Below the pieces are notes generated by a model that was given only the letters and a program-made list of their open reading frames with translations, was not told the DNA's origin and did no database searches. Made by a program: the position numbers and the translations under genes. From Macrostomum lignano (Eukaryota), in assembly GCA_002269645.1 (NCBI GenBank), contig NIVC01001181.1, forward strand, positions 124,001 to 188,000: 64,000 nucleotides of DNA, written 5' to 3'. Every line of letters begins with the position of its first letter. Within the stretch, counting starts at the first letter, position 1. Positions 12,201 through 23,160 of this stretch are shown one piece after another.

Positions 12201-14984
12201 CGACGGCAACAGTGTTAGCGGCATCAGCAGCTCGTTGCAGTCTACCTATGGCCGGTTGAGAACTAATACTCCCGCTAATTCCATTATTGAGACTACTCTG
12301 GACCGGCTCTGCCGAACCCATCAGACAGATAGGAAGCTCATTCAGTACAGGCCTGGGATTCTGGGTGAGTGCAACTGTATTTTCAGATATTGCAGATCGT
12401 TGATAGATATTGAAGATCGTTCTTAGATATTGCAGATCGTTGATAGATATTGAAGATCATTGTTCTAGATATTGCAGATCGTTAGTAGATATTGCAGGTC
12501 TTTGATAGATATTGTAGATCATTGTTCTAGATATTGCAGATCGTTGGTAGATATTGAAGATCGTTCTTAGATATTGCAGATCATTGGTAGATATTGCAGA
12601 TCCTTGATAGATATTGCAGATCGTTGGTAGATATTGAAGATCGTTCTTAGATATTGCAGATCGTTGGTAGATATTGCAGATCCTTGATAGATATTGTAGA
12701 TCATTGTTCTAGATATTGCAGATCGTTGGTAGATATTGCAGGTCCTTGATAGATATTGTAGATCGTTGATAGATATTGCAGATCGTTGGTAGATATTGCA
12801 GATCGTTGGTAGATATTGAAGATCGTTCTTAGATATTGCAGATCCTTGATAGATATTGTAGATCATTGTTCTAGATATTGCAGATCGTTGATAGATATTG
12901 CAGATCGTTCTTAGATATTGCAGATCGTTGGTAGATATTGTAGATCGTTGGTAGATATTGCAGATCCTTGATAGATATTGTAGATCGTTCTTAGATATTG
13001 CAGATCCTTGATAGATATTGTAGATCGTTCTTAGATATTGCAGGTCCTTGATAGATATTGCAGATCGTTGGTAGATATTGCAGATCCTTGATAGATATTG
13101 CAGATCCTTGATAGATATTGCAGATCCTTGATAGATATTGCAGATCGTTGATAGATATTGCAGATCGTTGATAGATATTGCAGATCGTTGGTAGATATTG
13201 CAGATCCTTGATAGATATTGCAGATCCTTGATAGATATTGCAGATCGTTGATAGATATTGCAGATCGTTGATAGATATTGCAGATCGTTGATAGATATTG
13301 CAGATCGTTGATAGATATTGCAGATCGTTGATAAATATTGCATATCGTTGATTGATATTGCAGATCGTTGTTCTAGATATTGCAGATAGTTTATAGATAT
13401 TGGAGATAGATCGTTAGTAGATATAGGGAATGTATATATAGATATCAGAAATAGATGTAGAGATGTTCAAAGACAGACATATAGAAGATGAAAAGTAAAG
13501 AAATGAATATCGACAGTTGCTATATGCTGTAAGAGCGAGCGAGTAGATAATATTAATAAATTATGTAGCTTAAAGTCAATAAGATAGCGTAAAACCCTAC
13601 TTTCGCTACTGACCACGCTTGACAAGTAGTATACATGGAAAATTCTATCACAAAACACTGTTTACCAGGTCGCGGCCTATTTGGCACAGTCCGGATCGGC
13701 ACTCTAAACGGTACTACCGTGCTGATCAAGGAGCTGACCACCGACGATCCTCAATTGACAGCCCAATTCGTTGAACAGATGAAATTATTCAACAAATGCG
13801 ATCACGATTACGTCACTCGCTTTGTCGGAATCTGCATCGATAGCAACCCGATGGAGGCTCCGCTCATGCTGCTGGAGTACTGCGAATATGTGAGTAACTG
13901 GGTCGAATAGGGATTTGGCGTAGCTTTTCACCTTTATTTATGAGAACTGGGAGCTGTGAAACAATATTGGGATTTAGGGAGGAAGGCTGGGATATAAAAA
14001 TAAGTATTGGGATCTTCGGGGTGAGGATTGTGATCATCGAAATGAGGGTTGTGATCTTCGGGATGACGATTGGATCTTATGGATGAGGATTGCGGTTTAG
14101 GGATGAGGATTGGGATCTTCGGGATGAGGATTGGGGTTTAGGGATGAGGATTGGGGTTTAGGGATGAGGATTGGGATCTTCGGGATGAGGATTGGGGTTT
14201 AGGGATGAGGATAGGGATCTTCGGGATGAGGATTGGGATCTCAGAGTTATTGGAACTGGGCTCCAACAGGTGTGGCTTGGGATTTGTTAGTAACCATTAG
14301 GATATCCAAAAAAGGAATCCCTATTTTCATTACTTTCATTATAATTCATTCCCATCACCCTGAAACGCGCAGAACAACCTGTTCGAAGTACTGACCGGCC
14401 TTAAAAAGCACGGCGAGCACTTATCCAAAGATCACCTGGTGCGAATGTGCCTCCAAGTAGCCCAGGCATTGGAGCACATGCACTGTCTCGGCTTCGTTCA
14501 CGGCGACATCGGCTGTCGCAATGTCCTAGTCGCTCAGGAGTACAACCTGAAGTTGACCAACCTGGGCCCCTGTCTGGACCGGTTCACCGGTCAGTACGCC
14601 CGCAGCAGCCAGGGCACCCTGCTGCCGATTCGCTGGCTGCCGCCGGAGGCCACCGCCTACGGCCAGTTCGGCATCAAAACGGACGTCTGGTCCTTCGGCG
14701 TCCTCGTCTGCGAAGTCTTCGGCATGGGCCGGCGGCCGTTCGCCCGACTCAGCGACTCCGAGCTGCTCGCCGCAGCTGCCAACGCGGCCGCAGCGGCTGC
14801 CGCTTCGTCGGCCGCGGCAGTTTCGGCTGCGGCCGGATTTCGGCCGGACCAACCGGACACCTGTCCGACTGAGCTGGCCCCTGTGCTAGACAGGTGCTGG
14901 AGTCTGGCCGCGGACAGACGGCCAACAGCCGGACAGATTGTGACCGAGGTGTCGCAGCTCACCAGGGATATGGCCGACGTGTGA
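1..14984 (+). CDS. PTK7: PTK7/Off-track-like receptor tyrosine pseudokinase, 5'-partial; join(<1..248,4797..4938,5892..6082,6974..7142,8238..8413,8948..9189,10169..10723,11047..12364,13669..13889,14373..14984)
   Basis: Ten exons join in compatible phases. They give several Ig domains (e.g. DSGTYTIRL, HAGVYAC, HAGEYQC), a TM helix (TVIIVVSCAVGYLGLIVFLSICC), then a kinase fold with LGRGLFGTV, VLIK, HGDIGCRN, LKLTNLG in place of DFG, IRWLPPE and DVWSFG. Multiple Ig + TM + DFG-less kinase is the PTK7/Otk architecture. Confidence 0.88.
365..725. repeat. Pyrimidine-rich low-complexity tract (CCCTCTT-like), PTK7 intron
   Basis: Almost only C/T on the + strand. Confidence 0.9.
1690..2790. repeat. 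21-bp minisatellite AAATCCCATAATCCAGATTCC
   Basis: Tandem units visible directly. Confidence 0.95.
3520..4090. repeat. 15-bp minisatellite CACTATTCGAATCC(T/C)
   Basis: Tandem units visible directly. Confidence 0.95.
4797..4938 (+). CDS. PTK7: PTK7-like exon (Ig strands with C and W: VVLECQLQ...SVRWFLNGK)
   Basis: Acceptor cctcag (4791-4796), donor GTGAGC at 4939; phases 1 and 2 fit the neighbouring exons. Confidence 0.8.
4985..5770. repeat. Compound minisatellite: 41-bp unit (4985-5335) then 21-bp TGGGATGGGGATGGAATCATT
   Basis: Period 41 checked (4995 to 5036); G-rich 21-mers follow. Confidence 0.92.
5892..6082 (+). CDS. PTK7: PTK7-like exon (Ig, SGVYHC)
   Basis: Acceptor cccgcag, donor GTGAGA at 6083; phase 2 in, phase 1 out. 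Confidence 0.78.
6115..6880. repeat. 36-bp minisatellite ATCCTCACCAATTTATCCCATTCTAGTATCATCCCA
   Basis: 12-aa periodicity in the spurious minus-strand ORF. Confidence 0.95.
6974..7142 (+). CDS. PTK7: PTK7-like exon (GIGSKFGNPVHYVR...)
   Basis: Acceptor ctgcag, donor GTAGGC at 7143; stop-free in the required phase; GC-rich island between two minisatellites. Confidence 0.72.
7165..8165. repeat. 30-bp minisatellite GGGGATAGAATGG(C/G)GATAATTGGAATAATA
   Basis: 10-aa periodicity in spurious ORFs. Confidence 0.95.
8238..8413 (+). CDS. PTK7: PTK7-like exon (SDRSISTSGLELRNNRW...)
   Basis: Acceptor ggtcag, donor GTGAGT at 8414; phases fit. Confidence 0.72.
8470..8905. repeat. ~24-bp minisatellite with GGATGCTGTGATGGGGCACT core
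   Basis: Tandem units visible directly. Confidence 0.92.
8948..9189 (+). CDS. PTK7: PTK7-like exon (...PMPSVTWTAPGG...YHLQ)
   Basis: Acceptor atttcag, donor CAG|GTAAAT at 9190; joins to LDSARKSDSGTY to complete an Ig domain. Confidence 0.8.
9210..10085. repeat. 21-bp C/T-rich minisatellite CCCCTCCTGTCTTCCCCTGTT
   Basis: 7-aa periodicity in spurious ORFs. Confidence 0.95.
10169..10723 (+). CDS. PTK7: PTK7-like exon (Ig domains); appears to end at a GC donor
   Basis: Acceptor ggccag; DSGTYTIRLENPAG, IAC...FDWY...HAGVYAC; best phase-0 donor is AAG|GCGAGT at 10724. Confidence 0.8.
10756..10990. repeat. 25-bp minisatellite ACTGATCCCAGTCTTGAGCACATTC
   Basis: About nine tandem units. Confidence 0.93.
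11047..12364 (+). CDS. PTK7: PTK7-like exon: two Ig domains, TM helix, poly-Q juxtamembrane region
   Basis: ORF track 11047..12426; acceptor atccag; donor G|GTGAGT at 12365. Confidence 0.88.
12385..13400. repeat. ~20-bp minisatellite GATAGATATTGCAGATC(G/C)TT
   Basis: Tandem units visible directly. Confidence 0.95.
13669..13889 (+). CDS. PTK7: PTK7-like exon: kinase N-lobe (GRGLFGTV, VLIKEL)
   Basis: Acceptor ttaccag, donor GTGAGT at 13890; Gly-loop formed across the junction (ILG|RGLFG). Confidence 0.88.
14020..14245. repeat. 20-21-bp minisatellite GGGATGAGGATTGGGATCTTC
   Basis: Tandem units visible directly. Confidence 0.9.
14373..14984 (+). CDS. PTK7: PTK7-like terminal exon: kinase C-lobe
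   Basis: Acceptor cgcgcag; HGDIGCRN, IRWLPPE, DVWSFG, CW...RPT; stop TGA ends at 14984. Confidence 0.9.
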   Translation, partial: NNLFEVLTGLKKHGEHLSKDHLVRMCLQVAQALEHMHCLGFVHGDIGCRNVLVAQEYNLKLTNLGPCLDRFTGQYARSSQGTLLPIRWLPPEATAYGQFGIKTDVWSFGVLVCEVFGMGRRPFARLSDSELLAAAANAAAAAAASSAAAVSAAAGFRPDQPDTCPTELAPVLDRCWSLAADRRPTAGQIVTEVSQLTRDMADV

Positions 14985-15134
14985 GAGAAGCGCTGCCGCT
15001 TCTAGGAGACAGACAGCTGCCACTTGCCTGGCTGCCAGTTACTGTGCTTATCAGTTTTTATGATGATCAGTCAGCTGCTGCCTGCGCTGCGGGCAACTGG
15101 CGATATTGTATGCAGAATGTCTTTCCTGTCTTGG

Positions 15135-15537
<403 letters not shown>

Positions 15538-18500
15538 TAAGCAGCTAGATAACAAGCTATGAGTATATTTCCTAACTGATCTCGTTTGTTCAAGCCTATG
15601 AGTTCTTCAAACTGTCATATTGTCAGACAGCGTTAGTCTAACCGGTATCCAATACAATCTATATGTAGAGGATTAAATCTTGGCTTGAAAAGAATTTTTT
15701 TTAAAAATCATGTTTTAAACATACGCCAAGCCTTATATAAACGTTAATGACTTGTGCTATGTGTTGCTATGTGTGAATGTTTTTTAGCCAGCTTTTCGAC
15801 CTGTCACTCATACATGTATATTGCCGCCTAATGTCCTTCACTGGCTTTGACGCTGTGTAAGCCAGTATTGTCTATACTTCAAATAATCTGTTTGTAAATT
15901 ATTAAAAACTTAGTCTTTTGATCGCACAATTGGCAAATGGTTGCAATAGGCGTTAAATAGGTGGCATCCTACTGAACAAAGTAGCGCTTATCAGTAGTAA
16001 CAGTAGGCTTTCTCTCGAAATTTTTATGAAATTACAGTTCTTATCATTTTATGTCGAATTGAAAGAGTTGCTCGAATCTGTGTTTTGCTGGGTTCTTCTC
16101 TGCTTACTTTTGCTTTTATTTTTTATCAGTCTGATTCTCGTATTAATAACTGACAGTTTTTGTTCGCCTCTCAATTTTATGCCGTGTACAAAATTATGAA
16201 AATGGTCCCGTGTTTGCTTTAATATTGTATTACTCCTATAGTTTCAGCTTCTGTGTGTTTATATGCATTCATGAGCGTCTGTCGTTTGATTATATTCTAA
16301 TGTAGTAGAGTCAAATTTTCTTTCTCGACTATAAATACATGTATGCATGTAATAAATAGTGGAGCTTACAACTTGCGGCCGTGTGTGTACTATGGTGTGC
16401 GACACTGCTTTACAGGCTTAGAATCGCTTTTGAAAAAAATTAAAAAATTTGAATTGACTATTTCGAATTCATCTTAGAGTTTTTTATGTTATTTATGGCC
16501 TGCCATGGAGCAAACAGGTCGCCTTTTGGTAATTAGTGAATTAGTGATGATAGTGAGAGCTACAGTATACATAGAAATAAGCATATCAGAGAACATTTTG
16601 CACACTAAGCATTTTACACCTGCAGATATATATGTAAATGGACGTACGTGTAGAAAAGAAATCAAACAAAATACAGCATCGATTTGTAGTACATGTAAAT
16701 CTGATTCAGCACCTTAGACCCAATTAAAGTGTATACACTGCAATGTAAGTGAGGCCCACCGTTTTAGTGTACTTAGTGTGCTTTGATACATGTGAATGTC
16801 GTCGTAAAATCGATCCTTCTGTCGTCGAATGTCGTAACTCTGGGACCTGAATATATGTACACGTACTCGTAAATATATATGGATCAGAAGCGAAATTCGT
16901 TCGAGAAGATTCCCCCAGTTTCCCAATTACTGCATTTTGTGACTTTATACCGTTTTATTTTAATTGATGAAGCATGGCTTTTACCACAGCGTGGATCATG
17001 AGTTGGTTGTCCATAGCATTTTTTTATTTAATGCTTTATTTAGCTAAAATCCATTGGTTCCCATAAAGTTTGTGTAAAGGAAGAACAAATCAAATTAATA
17101 AGGCATGGATTGTTGGTTTAACGATAGAATTTATGCCTGAAAACTTTTAGAATATAAATTTTGGTTTGTAAAAAAATATTTTTTGAATTTAGAACTATTA
17201 AAAATAAAAGGGCGCGTTCGAGTAGCTTCAAATGGCTCGAAAATAACTTTCAAATGACAGAAGTAATTTTTTAGCACTATTTTAACGTACTCGGTAAAAC
17301 AAAATAAATAACAATATTTGATTCTAAAATTTGATAGGTGGTTATATATGTGTTTTTAGGACTATAAGTTAAAGAATTATTTTGTTCATTAGAAAAGCAC
17401 TTAAAATCATTTTTAGCCATATTAGGTGAAACGAACGCATCATAAACCCGGTGGTTTCCGAGAATGCTAGCAGAATCTCAATAAATTTCATTCTAATTGA
17501 GTTCTTATTAGACAGTTTGTAAGGATTTCTTTCTTTATTCTTATTTAATTTTAAGCTATTTAAAACACGTCATTACATTAGGCTCGTCTTTAACAAAAAA
17601 GTGCAAGTCGATTTTCAAAATTTTTGTAATATTATTTTACTATTAGATCATTTTGCCCCAAACTTTTTGCCTACAAGGCCAATGCATGCATCACACTAGT
17701 CACCAGAATTTTTTGGGTGTATTATAATCTGGAGTGTTGGATAATTACTAGGCCTAATGGATGGCAATGTCCTAAATTTGTTTTCCTCTTGTAATAGATC
17801 TAATTAGGTACTTAGCATGTTAATTCAGGCTGTAGGCTACACTAAAATATTGGTTAGATCTTAAAGATTTAGTATTTTGTTGTAATAAAAGTTGTTTCTT
17901 TAACTAGTAGGCCCCCCTAGTTACCTAGTGCTAACTAGTAGGGGCAACAACAACAAAGCAATAGTAACAATAATAAGTGCAAGAATTTTGTTAAAATTTC
18001 AATTTTTGATCTAGGTTTAGGAGTTAGGACTAGGCCTAATATTAAAGATTAATTAAGAATTAAAAAAGTTTATTAAGGTAGGCCTAATAGATTTTGAAAT
18101 AGAGGTAAGCATTCAAATGGCCAAAGCCAAAGAAAAGGCCAACTTATAGTTTGATTAAATTGTGCTTAGTAGGCTATTGCCTTTTGACTTGTTTTTTCTA
18201 AGTTTCTACTACCTCTATGGACAGATAGGCCTACTTCTTCCCTTGATTATATTAGATATTAGTCATACGTCTAGTATAAAATATTTGAGGCTTAGAATAA
18301 TTGATTATTAGTAGAATAATTGATTATTAAAATAAGTTTCAAAATCCCATAGGCATAGATGCGCAATAAAGATAAAAGAAAGTATAAGACAAAAAATTAA
18401 AACTATGATATTAGGCAAAAATGACAAATTGTCCAGAATGGAATTCTTGCTTAAGAAAAGGAAAATGTACTATGCGCATTCTCAGAACAATGCTAGCATG

Positions 18501-19039
18501 CATACCAGTTAAAAGTAGCTATAATTTGGATCATAATAGTTTGGTAGGCCTATACCCTTATATGCCAAAATGAAAATTCTAGTTTTTTTCAATTTTGCAC
18601 CAATGTAAATAAAAAACATTATATGCCAAAAATAAAGTACCTTGAAGGCAAGAAATTTTTTTTAGAAATTAAGAGTTTTACTAAACTTTAGAGCAAGAGT
18701 TTTTGCTAAAAACTATTATTCTTTGTTTTAATTCTGTTTTTCTCATCCAAATTTTCTAGCAAACAACCTTCAAGACTATGAAAAATAGAAGAACTTGAGT
18801 ATACATAGCTGTTATATGGATGTAAAAGTCAAAGCCTATATGTGATTCTGCAACAAACAATTTTTTGCAAGCGTGTACAAGCATACACATACCTTCTTTA
18901 AGAGCATGCAAGTGGGCCCTTTTTAGCATGCAAGCAATCTTTGCCCTCCAATGGGAGACATCTAGATAGAATCTTTATTCTTTATTAATAATAAATAGAT
19001 AGCAAAATAAAGCCTTCATAAAAAACAACAGACATTCCC

Positions 19040-19250
19040 TCTAAAAACAAAACATCCCAAGACAACAAGCATTCCCAGACAGCATTCAAGCATTGATCCC
19101 CAAATAACAAGCATCCCCTAGATAGCAAGAATCCTCCCAATAGCAAGCATCCCTTAGATAGCAAACATCCCCCCAATAGCAAGCATCCCTCAGATAGCAA
19201 GCATCTCTCAAAAAGCAAGCATCCCCCTGATAGCAAGTATCTATCCTTAA
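19040..19250. repeat. Degenerate 18-bp repeat ATAGCAAGCATCCCCTAG
   Basis: 6-aa periodicity in the spurious ORF 18985..19257. Confidence 0.8.
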
Positions 19251-21618
19251 ATAGCAATCATCCACTAAGCCTAGAGAACAAGTAGAGCTAATAAATGTTC
19301 TAAATTTCTATAGTTAAAGTTTTTAACTTTACAACTTAATTTAACTTAACTTTTTCTAAGTTTTTTTCAATTGATAATTTTTGTGTTCAACCTATTTCTA
19401 TGTTTAATATATTAGATTTTGTCTTTAAAAGCCTATTGTTAGAATAAACAAACAAACAAACCAACAAACAAACATTTTACATGTTCAGTTCTTTTCATTC
19501 CCAGGAATAAGGAAATAAAATTAAAATTATTAGTTTAGCTAAATTCAATAGAAAAATATTTTTGCAAACAAAACTGCACTGGTGCCTAACACACTATATT
19601 TTTATTTTCTCTTTAAATATCTATAATAATAATAAATCAGAAAATAACATGAATTATTTTATTTATTAGCTAAGTATTTGAAACTATAAATAAAATAAGT
19701 CATATTTTTTATTATATAAACAATATAAACATTAGTAGCTTTTACAAATTTTATCATTCTAAGTAATTGTTACAATAAGTATATACTACTATTAGTAATT
19801 ATGTAAGTAATTATTCTAGTATTTTAGTAATCTAAGTAGCTAGTAAATGTTCTAAATTTCTATAGTTGAAGTTTTTAACTTTACTGTCTAAAAATGTCTA
19901 TTATTACAATAAGTATATATATATTTTTAGTAGACCATGGACAACTTAGGTTTTGGTCAAGTTAAATACTTGACCAAACTTTGGGGGGTTTAATTAAGTA
20001 TTTGAGTTGAGTTTTGTTGGGTAGTCAAATAGAATGAAAGTTTGGTATTTAGTCAATTTTAAACCTCAACCTTTCATTATTGTTTATTTTTATTTTTTTA
20101 TTATTACCCTCATATTTTGTTTATATTTCTAAAAATTATGGATTCTTAAGTAATACTTTTAGCATTAAATCGAAGAAAATCAGTTAAGCTGTTTTTTTCT
20201 GAAATCTATTTCATATTTATAGACAACTCATTTTTAGTATATGGGATCTTTCTTTTCAATGACTTTTTGTAAGTTTTAAAAAACTTGCAGCTATATAAAA
20301 CAGGCCATAAAAATGCCCTTAAAGTGCAATGTATGAAATAGAAACATTAAAACCAATATAATAAAGTATAACACCAACATTAAATATTCAATAAAGAGAT
20401 TTTAATACTATAATATTAGTAATTTCCTTTCCATTTTTTATTTAACCTACCGTATGTTAATGCCTTGGCTTATTATAAAATGTGGTCTATTGAATTCTTC
20501 ATGGCAAAATTTATGACTTCTGTTTTGTATACAATATTTTATTTATGTAATTAGCCTTTTCTAAGCAATTGGACATTATTGTATAAGAATTATTTGAATG
20601 TTTATTTAAGCTATAAAATGAAATATATATTTCTATAGCAGCCATTTTAATGATATGCAGAAATCTTATTTAAACTTGTAACAATGCTCATAAACTTATT
20701 TACTCACAAGTGTCATTTTTGTTAGAATTTTAATTTTGTTATTCAGTTACATCAATAATTTTTCAACACTATAATCTAGTTAATATTGATTATTCCTAGT
20801 ATTGCATACCTAGTAAATCAAAATTCACTAAATAATGAGTCAATCATTTGTAAGTAGCATTCTCAGATTGAAAGTTCAGATGCCATGATTGCATCTGTGC
20901 ATGTCAGTTCTGTGCTTTGCAATATGCCTAAATACTGGAATGATTTGCTATCTCATATATGATTGCATGATTTGATTAGTGCTAATTTTAATACCATATA
21001 ATTGGATTAGTTTGCAACTTTGAATGCAGCTTTAATTCTCAAAGATTGAATAAATAAGTTATAGATATTGTCGCGCCCGATTTTTGCATTGCAGCTTTTC
21101 ATCTGGGCCACTTTTTGAACTGCTTGTTTGTCTGCAGTGCTTAAAATTCTTTGTTACTACTTTTCAACATTAATAGTAGTCTATAACAAATATAATCCAA
21201 ATTTTACTAGCTCACCATTAATGGTTAGTTGAATGCAATATTTATTATAGATGTGCTAACAGTGCCTGCAATTTAACAATAAATTATATTAGATTCTATT
21301 GTCTTCTGTATAATTTCTTATCTACAAAGAATTGTCAGCTCTCTGTGTCCCTAACCATATGCCTCTGGGAACTGTCACTTGTGTTGTGTGGCGCTTGCTT
21401 TATTATCGCAGCTAATGTTTTATCTCGATTGAGTTTAGCAGCCAGCGCTTATTGGCTCGCTATTGGGGAATTCGCGTATTAGCCAATCCCGTTCTCGTGC
21501 TTTCAACTTCTGCTGTGTAATTTTATTTTAGACCTCACGTAGATCTGTCTCTCATGTTTTGTTTCTCTAACCTGCAACGGTTATTTAAAAGCAGTTAAAA
21601 AGGCCCCACGTGTGATCA

Positions 21619-23160
21619 ATGGACAGCAATGACCTGCTAGGTGGTGATAGTAGAGACTTGGATCCACCAGCAGCTGATACTGCGCCAGATGGCGATGAGC
21701 GAACACCGCTGCTGATGACGCAATCGGCTACCTATCATCGTCATCAATATCAACATCTCCGTCATCATCATTTCCAGCATCATCAACAGGCATCGAACGC
21801 GGCTGAGCAGCAGCAGCCGCAACCACCGCCTACCCCAGCACTCATGTCGTCATCTGACATGCAGTTCAGTTTGCAAATCCAGTGTCAACCTGGCGACGAA
21901 CTGGCCAACAGTCTAGATTTTAGCAACAGCAGTACCCGGCATTGTCATAGCGGCGAAACTGAACGTCGATTTCGTTACATTGCCGCGCAGAAACTTGCTC
22001 GCCGACGCCTGGTAATTGCAGCTGTAGCCTGTCTAGTCTTCATGATCGGAGAGGTGATTGGCGGCGCTATAGCCAATAGTTTGGCTATAATGACTGACGC
22101 TGCTCATCTGTTAACGGATCTGACTAGTTTTCTCATCAGCTTATTAGCTCTGTTCCTGGCCACTAAGAGGCCTAGTAGAAGAATGAGTTTTGGTTGGTAT
22201 CGAGCCGAAGTGATTGGAGCTCTGGTGTCCGTTCTGATGATTTGGATAGTCACAGCTGTGCTAGTCTATATGGCTGTGCATCGGGTTGTCCAAAAAGATT
22301 TCGAAGTCGAAGGTGAAGCCATGCTAATCACGGCAGGTGTTGGCGTAGCATTCAACATGTTGATGGCGTTGCTGTTACACCAGGGTCACGGACATTCGCA
22401 CGGATTGCAGCGTCAGAATTGTCAGGCTGACGGTCCCGCAGCTGTCGCCGCGGATTCTTCTTCCCAGTCCACGGTTGATAAAGACGATGAAGAAGAGCCG
22501 CCGGAACCAGTCGATGTGGATGCGGCCGACACTGCTGGCATTGTTGAACGGGATTGTCAACGGAGACGCAGGCGTCCTGAGCATCATGCTGGCGATCATG
22601 AGCATCAGGAGCACGGCGAGCACGATCATCATCACGAGCACATTGGCAGCAGTTTCGGTCACAATCACGCTCACAACAATATGAACGTTCGCGCAGCCTT
22701 CATACACGTTATTGGCGACTTATTGCAAAGCATTGGTGTATTAGTAGCGGCTCTTATCATTTACTATCGACCGGATTATAAACTGGCCGATCCGATATGC
22801 ACGTTCGTATTCTCGCTGCTAGTGTTGGGAACTACAGTGAGCATACTGAAGGACACTGTCCGAGTGCTGCTGGAGGCCACTCCCCAGGGTATCGATGTGG
22901 CCAAGTTCCGAGCCGCTCTGGCTGCGCTACCCTGCGTGATTCAAGTGCACAGCCTTCGAGTTTGGAGTCTGACTCTTGGCCGCAATGTGGCCAGCGCTCA
23001 TCTAGTTGTTAACTCCAATTGCGGCGTAGTGCAACGCGACAATCTTGTTGTCAAGGCAACGGAGCTATCTAAGAAGATTTTTCAAATGTCGGACGTGACT
23101 CTTCAAGTTGAGCCGCATGTCTTAGAGATGGACAGTTGCGAGCATTGCAGATCTGTTTGA
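21619..23160 (+). CDS. SLC30A2: Intronless CDF/SLC30 zinc transporter, ZnT2/3/4/8 clade (513 aa); exact paralogue not resolved
   Basis: TDAAHLLTD and FIHVIGD Zn-site helices, SFGWYRAEVIGA, His-rich loop, C-terminal CEHC, N-terminal ERTPLL dileucine-type motif. Confidence 0.9.
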   Translation: MDSNDLLGGDSRDLDPPAADTAPDGDERTPLLMTQSATYHRHQYQHLRHHHFQHHQQASNAAEQQQPQPPPTPALMSSSDMQFSLQIQCQPGDELANSLDFSNSSTRHCHSGETERRFRYIAAQKLARRRLVIAAVACLVFMIGEVIGGAIANSLAIMTDAAHLLTDLTSFLISLLALFLATKRPSRRMSFGWYRAEVIGALVSVLMIWIVTAVLVYMAVHRVVQKDFEVEGEAMLITAGVGVAFNMLMALLLHQGHGHSHGLQRQNCQADGPAAVAADSSSQSTVDKDDEEEPPEPVDVDAADTAGIVERDCQRRRRRPEHHAGDHEHQEHGEHDHHHEHIGSSFGHNHAHNNMNVRAAFIHVIGDLLQSIGVLVAALIIYYRPDYKLADPICTFVFSLLVLGTTVSILKDTVRVLLEATPQGIDVAKFRAALAALPCVIQVHSLRVWSLTLGRNVASAHLVVNSNCGVVQRDNLVVKATELSKKIFQMSDVTLQVEPHVLEMDSCEHCRSV

